Shown here piece by piece: positions 20,580 to 30,031 of a stretch of 62,673 nt of DNA (positions within the stretch are counted from its first letter, which is position 1; each line of letters begins with the position of its first letter). The notes under the pieces are model-generated. The model saw nothing but the letters and a program-made list of their open reading frames with translations. It did not search any database and had not been told where the DNA came from. Source of the DNA: Gemmatimonadota bacterium (GTDB lineage Bacteria > Gemmatimonadota > Gemmatimonadetes > Longimicrobiales > RSA9); the NCBI GenBank assembly GCA_040905425.1, contig JBBDRO010000111.1, positions 4,382-67,054 of the forward strand, given 5' to 3'. A program made the position numbers and the translations under genes.

Positions 20580-21230
20580 ATGAACTACCTCCAAGCCGTA
20601 GCGATGATCGCGGTCCGCCGCGCGGCCGCCCCCGCGGCGCTCGGCGCGCTGCTGCTGGCCGCGTGCGGACCGCATCCCGATGATACCGATCCGCGCGCGG
20701 AAGCGCCTCCACCGGCCGCCGCCCTGGTGCGCATGGGGGAGACCACCTCGCTGGAAGCGGCGCTGGTGAGCATGGAGGAGGAACTCACCGCGCTACTTGC
20801 CGATCAACTGGAGAGCCCGGTGGGTGAGCAGCACCTCATGCGCGCCGAGGCCATCAGCGATCGGCTCCTGGAAACGGAGGCGCCCTTCCACTGGATCTCG
20901 GACCGCGGCTACAGTGTGGACGCCGTGCTGCGCCAGTTGCAGACGCTGGCCGACCGGCTGGTGGCGCAGGACCAGGTGGCGCGGCAGTTCGCCTCCGGCG
21001 TGCGCCGCGAAGACATCCTGATGGATGCCCGGGCGCTGCTGCAGCGCGTGCGTGCCCTGCGCCAGGACCTGACGCGGGGCGGCACCGACGCGCCGCCGTC
21101 ACTGGACCAGCTGCTGAGCCAGGAAGAGGTGTTGCCCTCCTTCATGCCGGCGGCGCCTGGCGTGGCGGCGCCCTCGGCGGGCGGCGGCGGTGGCGGTGGG
21201 CCGGTGGGCACCCCGGTCACCGGCGGCTAG
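20580..21230 (+). CDS. Lipoprotein of unknown function
   Basis: Lipobox LAAC, helical body, C-terminus GPVGTPVTGG; alternative start at 20604. Confidence 0.65.
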   Translation: MNYLQAVAMIAVRRAAAPAALGALLLAACGPHPDDTDPRAEAPPPAAALVRMGETTSLEAALVSMEEELTALLADQLESPVGEQHLMRAEAISDRLLETEAPFHWISDRGYSVDAVLRQLQTLADRLVAQDQVARQFASGVRREDILMDARALLQRVRALRQDLTRGGTDAPPSLDQLLSQEEVLPSFMPAAPGVAAPSAGGGGGGGPVGTPVTGG

Positions 21231-21564
21231 GGCTCCCAGCCCTCCGCCTGCCGTTCCTGGCGCGCGTGCCCGCGCCCTGCTCGTTGCCTTCCGCTGAGCT
21301 CCGCGTGGCGCTCTTCCCTGCCTCGTCCCGTGCCTCCGTGGTGCCGTCCTGTTGTGTGTGCGATGGGTAGCGTGGAGGGTGCAAATCACGTTCCCCCACG
21401 TCCCCGGGCGGGCGCTCCGGGAGTGGGGGACTTTCGCCGCCATGCCGGGTAAGAGGAACACGCTGCCGGGGGCCGGGGTTACAGGTGGCCCATCGAGCGA
21501 CTCACCCGGGGCGCCCGGGGCCGAATCCTTGCAATGAAACAAACGCCGAGAGCGCGGCATCCAA

Positions 21565-22527
21565 ATGGCTGGAAGAGACACCACGACGGACCGCGATCGG
21601 AATAGTCGGAAGGACGATATGACCATGGCACGCGCGACCACAACCCGACCCAAGCGCCGCCGCCGCAGCGACGAACGCTTCAAGTTCGTCGGTACGGCGG
21701 AGGAGCGCGGTGCGCTGGATCAGTACCTGAAGGAGGTCAGCAAGCACCCGCTGCTCAAGGCCGAGCAGGAGGTGGAGCTGGGCCACAGGGCGCTGGCAGG
21801 GGACGAGGATGCCGTGGCGGCGCTGGTGCGCGCCAACCTGCGCTTCGTCATCAGCGTGGCCAAGAAGTACCAGAACCGCGGCGTTTCCCTGGTGGATCTC
21901 ATCCAGGAGGGGAACGTGGGGCTGGTCACGGCCGCCCGGAAGTTCGACCCGGAGCAGGGCGTGAAGTTCATCTCCTACGCCGTCTGGTGGATCCGGCAGG
22001 CCATCCTGTCCGCCCTGGCTAACCAGGGGCGGGCCGTGCGCGTGCCGCTGAACCGGGCCAGTGACCTGGCGCGCATCTTCCGCGAGCGGGAGCGCCTGAA
22101 GCAGGAGCTGCGTCGTGATCCTACGGTGCAGGAGGTGGCCGAGGCCGCCAAGCTGACGCCCGAGATCGTGACCTCCCTGTCCACGCTGAACGCGTCCGAG
22201 ATTCGTCTGGACGCGCCCATCGGGGACAGTGATGACAGCCAGCTCGTGGAGCGCTTCATCGTGGACGAGGCGCACGAGCCCGAGGATACGGTGGAGGATC
22301 GTCTCATGGCCGAGAACATCGAACGCGCCCTGGAGACGCTCTCGCCGCGGGACGCCCGCGTGCTGCGCCTCTACTTCGGGCTGGAGGGTGGGCGCGAGCA
22401 CACCCTGGAGGAGATCGGCAACATGCTCGGCGTGACGCGCGAGCGCATCCGGCAGCTCCGCGACCGCGCGCTGAAGCGTCTGCGTGAGGGCGCGCACGGT
22501 AGCGCGCTGGAGAGCTTCGCCGCGTAG
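21565..22527 (+). CDS. Sigma-70 factor, short RpoD/SigA-like form (regions 1.2-4)
   Basis: LDQYLKEV, ANLRFVISVAKKY, DLIQEGN, KFISYAVWWIRQ, HTLEEIG...TRERIRQ. Start could be 21619. Confidence 0.93.
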   Translation: MAGRDTTTDRDRNSRKDDMTMARATTTRPKRRRRSDERFKFVGTAEERGALDQYLKEVSKHPLLKAEQEVELGHRALAGDEDAVAALVRANLRFVISVAKKYQNRGVSLVDLIQEGNVGLVTAARKFDPEQGVKFISYAVWWIRQAILSALANQGRAVRVPLNRASDLARIFRERERLKQELRRDPTVQEVAEAAKLTPEIVTSLSTLNASEIRLDAPIGDSDDSQLVERFIVDEAHEPEDTVEDRLMAENIERALETLSPRDARVLRLYFGLEGGREHTLEEIGNMLGVTRERIRQLRDRALKRLREGAHGSALESFAA

Positions 22528-22546
22528 CGGCCCTGCGCAGGTAGTC

Positions 22547-23500
22547 GTGGGAAAGGACCGCCCACCCGCCACCGACCTTACAGCCGGGGTCGTGCTGAGC
22601 GTGGTGGGCGGTGTCTATGTGGTGGAGCTGGAGGGCGGCCAGGTGATGGATGCTTCGCTGCGCGGCCGCCTCAAGCAGGAGCGCCGCACGGGCGACCGGG
22701 TGGTGGCGGGGGACCGCGTGGAGGTGGCCGTCTCCGGCCCCGAGGCGGTCATCGAGTCGGTGGGTGAGCGCGCCTCCGAGCTGGCCCGCCGGGCGCCGGG
22801 CGGGCGCGGCGCCAAGGTCATCGTGGCCAACGTGGACCAGGTGGTGGTGGTCTTCTCCGCGGCCCGGCCGGAGCCGCACCCCGGCATGCTCGACCGCTTC
22901 CTGGTCCTGGCCGAGGCCAACCGCCTGCCCGTGCTCATCGTGGTCAACAAGGCGGAACTCGTAAGCGACGATGGGACCTCACCTTCCGAGCGTTACGTAG
23001 ACCCCTTCGCCCCCTATCCCGCGGCCGGCTACGAGGTGCTCCGCACGAGCGCCAAGACGGGGCTGGGCGTGGCCGAGCTGCGGGAGCGGCTGTGCGGCCG
23101 GGAGAGCGTGCTCACCGGACCGTCAGGGGTGGGCAAGTCCAGCCTGCTGAACCTGGTGCAGCCCGGTCTGGGGCTGCGCATCGGGGACGTGAGTGAGGCG
23201 GTGGGCAAGGGCAAGCACACCACCGTGGCGGCGCTGCTCATTCCCCTGGAGTGCGGCGGCTACGTGGCGGACACGCCCGGGCTCCGCGAGCTGGGCCTGT
23301 GGGGCGTGGAGCCCGAGGAGCTGCGTGACTGCTTCCCGGAGTTCCGGGAGCACGCCGCCAGCTGCCGCTTCGGCCGCTCCTGCACGCACACCCACGAGCC
23401 GGACTGCGGCGTGCAGGACGCTGTGACCTCCGGCGCCGTGAGTCCCGTGCGCTACGCCAGCTATCAGCGGCTGCTGGCCGGCGATGACGAGCGGCGCTGA
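22547..23500 (+). CDS. rsgA: Ribosome small subunit-dependent GTPase A
   Basis: VANVDQ, NKAE, GPSGVGKSS, GKHTT, DTPG, Zn finger CRFGRSCTHTHEPDC. Start approximate. Confidence 0.93.
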   Translation: MGKDRPPATDLTAGVVLSVVGGVYVVELEGGQVMDASLRGRLKQERRTGDRVVAGDRVEVAVSGPEAVIESVGERASELARRAPGGRGAKVIVANVDQVVVVFSAARPEPHPGMLDRFLVLAEANRLPVLIVVNKAELVSDDGTSPSERYVDPFAPYPAAGYEVLRTSAKTGLGVAELRERLCGRESVLTGPSGVGKSSLLNLVQPGLGLRIGDVSEAVGKGKHTTVAALLIPLECGGYVADTPGLRELGLWGVEPEELRDCFPEFREHAASCRFGRSCTHTHEPDCGVQDAVTSGAVSPVRYASYQRLLAGDDERR

Positions 23501-23561
23501 GCGTGGGCCGGCCGCCGATCAAGAGTCTTGCCTCAAACGCTCGATGAGTGCTTCGTAGAGC

Positions 23562-24293
23562 ATGAGCTACGCGGTGAGCTGGAGCGGCGGCAAGGATTCC
23601 ATGCTGGCGCTGGACCGGGCGGTCCGGGGCGGGCTGGAGGTGCGCTGGCTCTTCAATCTCTACGACGCCGCCTCCCAGCGGGTGCGCTTCCACGCCGTGC
23701 GCCGGGAGTTGATCGCCCGCCAGGCGGAGCGACTGGGGCTGGAGCTGGTCCAGCTGTCCACCCGGCCGGCCACCTTCGAGGCCCGCTTTCTGGAGGGGCT
23801 TGGACGCCTGGCCGGCCTGGGGGCTACCGGTGTCATCTTCGGCAACATCCACCTGGAGGACGTGCGCGCCTGGTATGAGGAGCGCACCACCGCCCGCGGC
23901 CTCGAGCATCGGGAGCCGCTCTGGGGTGAGGACGGCGCCCAGTTGCTGGCCGAGCTGCTGGAGCGCGGCTACCGCACGCGGCTGGTGAGCGTGGATCTGA
24001 CCCGGGGCCGGCCGCAGTGGCTGGGCTGCGAGTTGACGGTGGCGCTGGCGGAGGAGCTGAGTTGCCGCCCCGAAGTGGACCCGTGCGGCGAGCACGGCGA
24101 GTACCACACCTTTGTCTTCGACGGCCCCCTCTTCCAGGCCCCGCTCGAGCTCAGTCCCGGCAACGTGCGCCAGGAGGGCAATCACGCGGTACTGGATCTG
24201 GACGAGCGGTCCGGCGCCAGCGGTATGACCTGGGGCGCCCCGGCGTCCGGGCCGGGGCCCGGATGCGGCACCACCGCCACCGGCCAGCCGTAG
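23562..24293 (+). CDS. DUF71/diphthine-ammonia ligase-like PP-loop ATPase
   Basis: SWSGGKDS, FGNIHLED, EPLW, DPCGEHGEYHTFV. Confidence 0.88.
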   Translation: MSYAVSWSGGKDSMLALDRAVRGGLEVRWLFNLYDAASQRVRFHAVRRELIARQAERLGLELVQLSTRPATFEARFLEGLGRLAGLGATGVIFGNIHLEDVRAWYEERTTARGLEHREPLWGEDGAQLLAELLERGYRTRLVSVDLTRGRPQWLGCELTVALAEELSCRPEVDPCGEHGEYHTFVFDGPLFQAPLELSPGNVRQEGNHAVLDLDERSGASGMTWGAPASGPGPGCGTTATGQP

Positions 24294-25012
24294 ACCCGCT
24301 CCAGGGTCTCCTTCGTCAGCACCGCCTCCGGAAGCCCCTCCGCCGCCATCCCGCCCTCGTTGAGCAGCAGCAGCCGGTCCGCGTAGCGCGCCGCCAGGTT
24401 GAGGTTGTGCGTCACCACCAGGACGGTGGCGCCGCCACGGCGCGCCAGCCCCGCCAGCAGTTCGAAGATGGCCATCTCGTGCGCCACGTCCAGCGCCGCC
24501 GTGGGCTCGTCCAGCACCAGCGTCTCCGGCTCCTGGGCCAGCGCCCGGGCCAGCCGGGCGCGCTGCCGCTCGCCGCCGGACAGCGTGGCCAGCGGGCGCT
24601 CCGCCAGCGCCCCCACCTCGCAGCGCTCCAGCGCCCGCTCCACCGCCGCGCGGTCCGCGGCGCCCTCGCGCCGCCAGGGTCCCAGGTGCGGGTAGCGGCC
24701 CATGGCCACCAGCTCCCGCACCGTCATGGGAAAGGCCGCCTCCTCCCCCTGCGCCACCACGCCCACGCGGCGGGCCAGCGCGCGCCGCTCCCAGCCGGCC
24801 AGCGGCCGCCCGGCGTACCGGACCTCCCCGGCGGTCGGCGCCAGGGCCCCCAGCAGCAGGCGCGTGAGCGTGGATTTGCCCGAGCCGTTGGGCCCGAGCA
24901 CCGCGTAGAAGCAGCCCGCCGGCACGCGCAGGTCCAGCTCCCGCACCGCGGGGCGCGCCGCCTCGGGATAGCGGAAGGTCAGTCCGCCGGCCTCCAGGGC
25001 GAAGGCGCTCAC
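24182..25012 (-). CDS. Cobalamin/iron-chelate ABC transporter ATP-binding protein
   Basis: GPNGSGKST, MGRYPH, LSGGERQR, LDEPT, THNLNLA; GTGA overlap. Confidence 0.9.
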   Translation of the reverse strand: MSAFALEAGGLTFRYPEAARPAVRELDLRVPAGCFYAVLGPNGSGKSTLTRLLLGALAPTAGEVRYAGRPLAGWERRALARRVGVVAQGEEAAFPMTVRELVAMGRYPHLGPWRREGAADRAAVERALERCEVGALAERPLATLSGGERQRARLARALAQEPETLVLDEPTAALDVAHEMAIFELLAGLARRGGATVLVVTHNLNLAARYADRLLLLNEGGMAAEGLPEAVLTKETLERVYGWPVAVVPHPGPGPDAGAPQVIPLAPDRSSRSSTA

Positions 25013-25995
25013 GCGCTCCTCCGCAGCAGGGTGACGAAGAGCGGCACGCCCACGAGCGCCGTGACGATGCCCACCGGCAGCTCGTTCGGACTGGCCAGGG
25101 TGCGCGCGGCGGTGTCGGCGAGCAGCAGGAAGATACCGCCGCCCAGGAAGGAGGCCGGGAGGAGCAGGCGGTGATCGCTGCCCCACAGCAGGCGCACGGC
25201 GTGGGGCACCACCAGGCCCACGAAGCCAATCGGGCCGCATTGGGCCACGGTGGCGGCCACCACCAGGGAGGCCACCACGTACGCGGTCACCTTCACCCGC
25301 TCCACACGCGTGCCCAGGTAGAGCGCGGTCTCCTCACCGATGGCCAGCAGGTTGAAGGGCCGCGCCAGCGCAATCAGCAGTGCGGAGGCCGGCAGGACGT
25401 AGGCGGCGAGCATGAGAGTGCTGCCCCAGCTCGCGGCCGCCAGGCTGCCCATCATCCACTTGAGTGCGTCGCGGAAGCTCTCCGTACCCGTCAGCGTGAG
25501 GAGCAGGAGGATGACGGCGTTGAAGAAGGCGCCCACCACCACCCCCGCCAGCAGTAGCACGCGCGTGTCCAGCGCCCGCCCCGCGCGGAGCGCCACGCGG
25601 AAGACGAGCGCCACGGCCCCGACCGCCCCCGCCAGCGCCGCCACCGGCATGGTCCACGGCGCCAGCGCCGCGCTCCCCAGCACGAGCGCCGCTACGGCCC
25701 CTACGGCCGCCCCGCCCGACACGCCCAGGATGTAGGGCTCGGCCAGCGGATTGCGCAACAGCGCCTGGAAGACCGCCCCCGATAGCGCCAGGCCGCCCCC
25801 CGCCAGCACGGCCAGCGCCACGCGCGGCATACGGAGTTCCAGCACGATGATGCGCTCCGTCTCCGTGCCGCCGCCCGCCAGCGTGCGGAGCACGGCGGCC
25901 GGCGTGAGGCCCGCCGAGCCGGCCAGCACCGCCGCCACGACCAGCGCCAGTAGCACCACCAGCAGGAGGAGCAGGCGGGGGAGCGTTCGGCTCAC
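25009..25995 (-). CDS. FecCD/BtuC-family permease
   Basis: LRMPR, FQALLRNPLAEPYILGVSGGA, IGFVGLVVPH, ELPVG. Confidence 0.92.
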   Translation of the reverse strand: MSRTLPRLLLLLVVLLALVVAAVLAGSAGLTPAAVLRTLAGGGTETERIIVLELRMPRVALAVLAGGGLALSGAVFQALLRNPLAEPYILGVSGGAAVGAVAALVLGSAALAPWTMPVAALAGAVGAVALVFRVALRAGRALDTRVLLLAGVVVGAFFNAVILLLLTLTGTESFRDALKWMMGSLAAASWGSTLMLAAYVLPASALLIALARPFNLLAIGEETALYLGTRVERVKVTAYVVASLVVAATVAQCGPIGFVGLVVPHAVRLLWGSDHRLLLPASFLGGGIFLLLADTAARTLASPNELPVGIVTALVGVPLFVTLLRRSA

Positions 25996-26927
25996 GGTAG
26001 TCCGCCCGCGAGAGCGCCCGGGTGGAGCGCTTCGGCCAGCAGCCGGGCCGCCTCCCCCACGCGCACGCCGGGTCGGTTGAACACGTCGGCGTCCAGCGCC
26101 ACCACGCGCCCCTCCCGGACCGCCCCGAGGGCGCGCCACCCGGGCAGCGCGGCCAGCGCCGCGGCGGGGTCGGCGGGCGGCCGATCGCGCACGATCAGCA
26201 CCACGTCGGGGGCGCGCGCCACCACCGCCTCCATGCCCACCTGCGGCCAGGGCCGCCGGGCGTCGTGGAAGACGTTGCGGCCGCCGGCCAGCGTGATCAG
26301 TTCGTCCACGTAGGTGCCGGGTCCGGCCACGGTGGGGGGCGCCGTGCCCACCACGTAGAGCACGCTGGGCACTTCCCGGCCGGCAACGGCCTCCCGCACG
26401 GCGGCGTGGTCCGCGGCAATGGCGGCGCGCAGGGAATCGGCGCGCGCCTGGCGGCCGAGCAGCAGGCCCAGCCGGCGCAGCGTGGCGTCCACCTCCGCCA
26501 GCGTCTCCACGCGGGCGGCGTAGACCGGGATGCCCACCGCTTCGAGCCGCCCCACCACGCTGCGCACGTCGGCGTCCGCCCAGGCGATCACCAGGTCGGG
26601 AGCCTGCGCCACGATCCACTCCACGCTGGGGGTCAGAGCGTCCTGGGTGACGGGCAGATGCGCCAGGGCGGGATCGGTGTCCCAGCGGGTGCGTGCCACG
26701 AGCGCCCCGGGGCCGGCCAGGGTGCGCACCGCCTCGGTCTGCGCGGGGATGAGGGACAGGACGCGCGCGGCCGGCGCCTGCAGGCGGACCGTGCGTCCGG
26801 CGTCATCGGTGACCTGGATCGGCGCCGCCGATGACGGCGCGTCCGGGCCGCCGCAGGCGGCCATGAGCGCAGCGATGAGTGGGAGGGTGAGGGCGCGCGG
26901 GCGCCGACGGGGGATGCGGCCTAACAC
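25992..26927 (-). CDS. BtuF-like helical-backbone substrate-binding lipoprotein
   Basis: Lipobox MAAC, TDDAGRTV, RVLSLIPAQTE, VAGPGTY, AGGRN, FNRPG. Confidence 0.85.
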   Translation of the reverse strand: MLGRIPRRRPRALTLPLIAALMAACGGPDAPSSAAPIQVTDDAGRTVRLQAPAARVLSLIPAQTEAVRTLAGPGALVARTRWDTDPALAHLPVTQDALTPSVEWIVAQAPDLVIAWADADVRSVVGRLEAVGIPVYAARVETLAEVDATLRRLGLLLGRQARADSLRAAIAADHAAVREAVAGREVPSVLYVVGTAPPTVAGPGTYVDELITLAGGRNVFHDARRPWPQVGMEAVVARAPDVVLIVRDRPPADPAAALAALPGWRALGAVREGRVVALDADVFNRPGVRVGEAARLLAEALHPGALAGGLP

Positions 26928-26996
26928 GTGGTCCGTTCTTCCGGAAGGCCCGTTGATGATGGAGCGCGGAAAACTAGAGGAGCACGGCGTGCGGGG

Positions 26997-28085
26997 CTAG
27001 CCGCCGCCCGTCACCGGCACGCCCACGGGGCCCGTTTCACCCCCCCCGGTGGGGCGGCTGCCCTGCAGCGTGTCCGCGGTCAACGAGTCCGGCGCCACGG
27101 TGGGCAGAAGGCCGGCAGGGCGCTCGCAGCGGTCACGGAAGATGCGCCGCCACGCGCCGTCGTCCGTGCGGCCCACCGCCTCGAACCAGGCGTCATCCAC
27201 CCCGTAGACGCGCAGCAGCAGCTCCACGTGCCCGTCCCGGTCCCAGTCCAGGTAATCCAGCACGCGCGGCGCCCGCTTGCCGGTCTCCGGATAGCTGTTG
27301 TACTCGGCGAAGACGGTGTCGTAGCCCATCTGCTGCGCGGGCACGCCCACGAAGAAGAGGGAGTAGCCCTGGTCATCCAGGCCCGGCCCGAGCGTGTCAC
27401 TCACCAGCAGCGTGGCCGCGAAGCCGGGCCCGCTGCCGTTGGTGGGGAAGGGCGCGAGCTGCGCCATGGCCCGCTGCCAGTTGCCGGGCAGCTGTGACCC
27501 GCGGGCGCGCAGCAGGGATTCGGCGGCGTAGGTGGCCAGGCGGCTCATGGTGCCCGTGGGCTCCATAACCTCGGGGACCCGGCGGGGCATCTGCGGCGCC
27601 TGCGAGCGCGTGATGGCCAGGAACTCCCCCAGCCCATCGGCGCCCCCCGTGAGTTCCAGGGCGCCGTGGGCCGTGGGCAGCGCGCACGCGCCGGTGCCCG
27701 TCACCTCGGCGCCGCCCAGCACGAAGGTGCCCACGCGGGCCCCGTGGCGGAAGAGCGCGAACTCGGTCCCCTGGCGCAGGCGCTCCGCCACCAGGCGGGC
27801 GCCGAAGGCGGCCGGATCGTCCCCCGGGTCGATGGGGATCAGTGTGTCCCCCGCCATCTCACCCACGGGCACCATGGTGGCGCCGTCCCGGGTGCGCGCC
27901 ACGAAATAGAGGATGTCCCCCCCCGGCAGCGGAGTGAGCGCCGCGCCGGACGGATCCTCCGCCATGCCCGCGCCCTGCGGCGGCGGGTGCACGATGGCCA
28001 CGTCGACCCCGCCCCAGCTCACATTGTCGCATGCGGTCAGCGTTACTACAATCAGGGCCAGCGCGGCCCGTCTGGCGCGCTCCAA
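26997..28085 (-). CDS. Lipoprotein of unknown function
   Basis: AAGGAG upstream of TTG 28085; lipobox LTAC; DWDRDG loop; C-terminus GPVGVPVTGGG. Confidence 0.7.
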   Translation of the reverse strand: MERARRAALALIVVTLTACDNVSWGGVDVAIVHPPPQGAGMAEDPSGAALTPLPGGDILYFVARTRDGATMVPVGEMAGDTLIPIDPGDDPAAFGARLVAERLRQGTEFALFRHGARVGTFVLGGAEVTGTGACALPTAHGALELTGGADGLGEFLAITRSQAPQMPRRVPEVMEPTGTMSRLATYAAESLLRARGSQLPGNWQRAMAQLAPFPTNGSGPGFAATLLVSDTLGPGLDDQGYSLFFVGVPAQQMGYDTVFAEYNSYPETGKRAPRVLDYLDWDRDGHVELLLRVYGVDDAWFEAVGRTDDGAWRRIFRDRCERPAGLLPTVAPDSLTADTLQGSRPTGGGETGPVGVPVTGGG

Positions 28086-28244
28086 ACTTGCTTCTCCTTT
28101 ACCGGTGATGCTTCGGGTCGCGCGGGTGGGTCGCACGAATCGTGCTCCCACGCCGTGCCGGGATTCGAACACTAGATCGCCGGTCGAAGCCACGCAACGC
28201 CACCGGCGCGGCGCTCACCCGCCCGTCGGGGTCTGGAGATTCTC

Positions 28245-28718
28245 TTGGATCCAGCTGAATTCCGTCGCGTCCTCGGTCACTGGGCCACGGGCGTGGCCGT
28301 GGTGGCGGCCCGGGACCAGGGCGGTCACGCGTGCGCGCTGACGGCCAACGCGTTCTCGTCCGTGTCGCTCGAGCCGGCGCTCGTGCTGGTGTGTGTGGAG
28401 CACACGTCTGAGACGCACGGGTGCATCCAGGCCACGGGCGCCTTTGCGGTGAGCATCCTGGCGGAGCACCAGGAGCGCCTGGCGCGCCGCTTTGCCGAGA
28501 GTGAGGTGGCGGACAAGTTCGCCGGCGTGGCGTGGCGCTCCGAGCACACAGGCTCTCCGGTGCTGGAGGACGCGCTGGCGTGGGTGGACTGCACCGTTCG
28601 GCACGCCCTGCCCGGCGGTGACCATACCATCTTCGTGGCCGAGGTGGTGGCGGCGGATGCCCGGGACGGCACGCCGCTCACCTTCTACCGCGGCGGATAC
28701 GGCCGCTTCCAGCCGTGA
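28245..28718 (+). CDS. Flavin reductase family protein
   Basis: FRRVLGHWATGV, SSVSLEP, GGDHTIFV, PLTFYRGGY. Confidence 0.92.
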   Translation: MDPAEFRRVLGHWATGVAVVAARDQGGHACALTANAFSSVSLEPALVLVCVEHTSETHGCIQATGAFAVSILAEHQERLARRFAESEVADKFAGVAWRSEHTGSPVLEDALAWVDCTVRHALPGGDHTIFVAEVVAADARDGTPLTFYRGGYGRFQP

Positions 28719-30031
28719 GCCGGCGCCGGCCCGGATCGCGGCTGGCCACGGCCGCCGCGCTGTTGACCGGAGCCTGCCTGGGCGTGGCGGCGGCTGCGGG
28801 CACGGCGCTGCTGCTCTACACCGGGCAGGGCTTTCTGCGGGCCGCCGGCTTCCTGCTCTCGGTCAGCATCCTGGGCGTGGCCGCCGGGCTCTGGGTGGGC
28901 CCGCCGAACGTGCCCGCGGGGCGGGCCACGCCGGGGGCGCCGTGGAGCGGGCCGCGCTGGCTCGGTGCCGTGCTCGCGGCGGGGCTGGCCGCGGGCGCGG
29001 CGGCGGTCTGGACGCTCGCGCCCGGACTGCGGCTGGCCGCCCCCGCCTCGGCGCTGGCGGTGCTGCTCGTGCTGGCGGGCCCCGCCTACGCGCTCGGCGC
29101 GCTGCTGGCGGCGCTCCAGGCCCGCGGGACGGCTTCCGGCGGGCGGAGCGTGGCGCCCGCCGCCGTGGCGGGCATTGCGCTTGGGGTGCTCGTGGGCACC
29201 ACGCTGCTCATCCCGCGCGTGGCCGCGCCGGGCGCCTTCCTGCTGGTGGCCGCCGTGCTGGCCGCCGCGGGCGGGCTCGAGGCGCGCCACATCCACACCC
29301 CCCCAGCCGAGCGGAGCAATCGTATGGACGGCAAGGTGGCGCTGGTGACGGGCGCCGGAGATCCGGAACAGGTGGCGCAGGCCGTGGCGGAGCGGTTCCT
29401 GGCGGGCGGCGCCGCCCTGGTGCTGGTGGGCCGCTCGGAAACCGTGCTGGCGCGGGCGGCCGAGCTGGAGGCGCGCGGCGGGCGGGTGGTGGGGGTGGTG
29501 GCCGACCTGGCCACGGACGCGGGGGCGGACGCGGCCGTGGCGGCCGCCGCGGAGCATTTCGGCGCGCTGCATGCCGTGGTCAACGTGGCCGGCGGCCTGC
29601 GCGTGATCGCCCCGGTGGCGGACACCGATTCCGCCGCGTGGAGCGCGGAGCTGGAACGCAACGCCGGCACCGCGCTGCGCGTCTGCCGGAGCGCCCTGCC
29701 CATGCTGCGGCGGACGCGGGGCGCCATCGTGAACTTCGCCTCGCCGGCGGGGCTCCGGGCGGTGCCTCGCATGGCGGCCTACAGCGCGGCCAAGGCGGCG
29801 GTGGTGGCGCTGACGCGCGCCCTGGCGCTCGAGGAGGCGGACAGCGGCGTGCGGGTGAACGCCGTGGCGCCCGGCATGGTGGACACGGCGCAGAACCGCC
29901 AGGAGGCGGATCCCGAAGCGCGCTTCGTCAGCCGCGCGGCGGTGGCCGACGTGGCGTACTTCCTGGCCTCGGAGGCGGCGCAGGGGGTGTCCGGGGAAAC
30001 GCTGGGCGTCACGAGCCGGGAGGCGGGCTAA
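28715..30031 (+). CDS. Membrane-domain + SDR oxidoreductase fusion
   Basis: About 200-aa hydrophobic N-terminus, then MDGKVALVTGAG, NVAGG, YSAAK, VNAVAPG. Confidence 0.78.
   Translation: MSRRRPGSRLATAAALLTGACLGVAAAAGTALLLYTGQGFLRAAGFLLSVSILGVAAGLWVGPPNVPAGRATPGAPWSGPRWLGAVLAAGLAAGAAAVWTLAPGLRLAAPASALAVLLVLAGPAYALGALLAALQARGTASGGRSVAPAAVAGIALGVLVGTTLLIPRVAAPGAFLLVAAVLAAAGGLEARHIHTPPAERSNRMDGKVALVTGAGDPEQVAQAVAERFLAGGAALVLVGRSETVLARAAELEARGGRVVGVVADLATDAGADAAVAAAAEHFGALHAVVNVAGGLRVIAPVADTDSAAWSAELERNAGTALRVCRSALPMLRRTRGAIVNFASPAGLRAVPRMAAYSAAKAAVVALTRALALEEADSGVRVNAVAPGMVDTAQNRQEADPEARFVSRAAVADVAYFLASEAAQGVSGETLGVTSREAG

Noticed and set aside
26928..26996. Cobalamin riboswitch upstream of the Btu-like operon
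   Set aside because: The gap is only 69 bp and no B12-box is recognisable.
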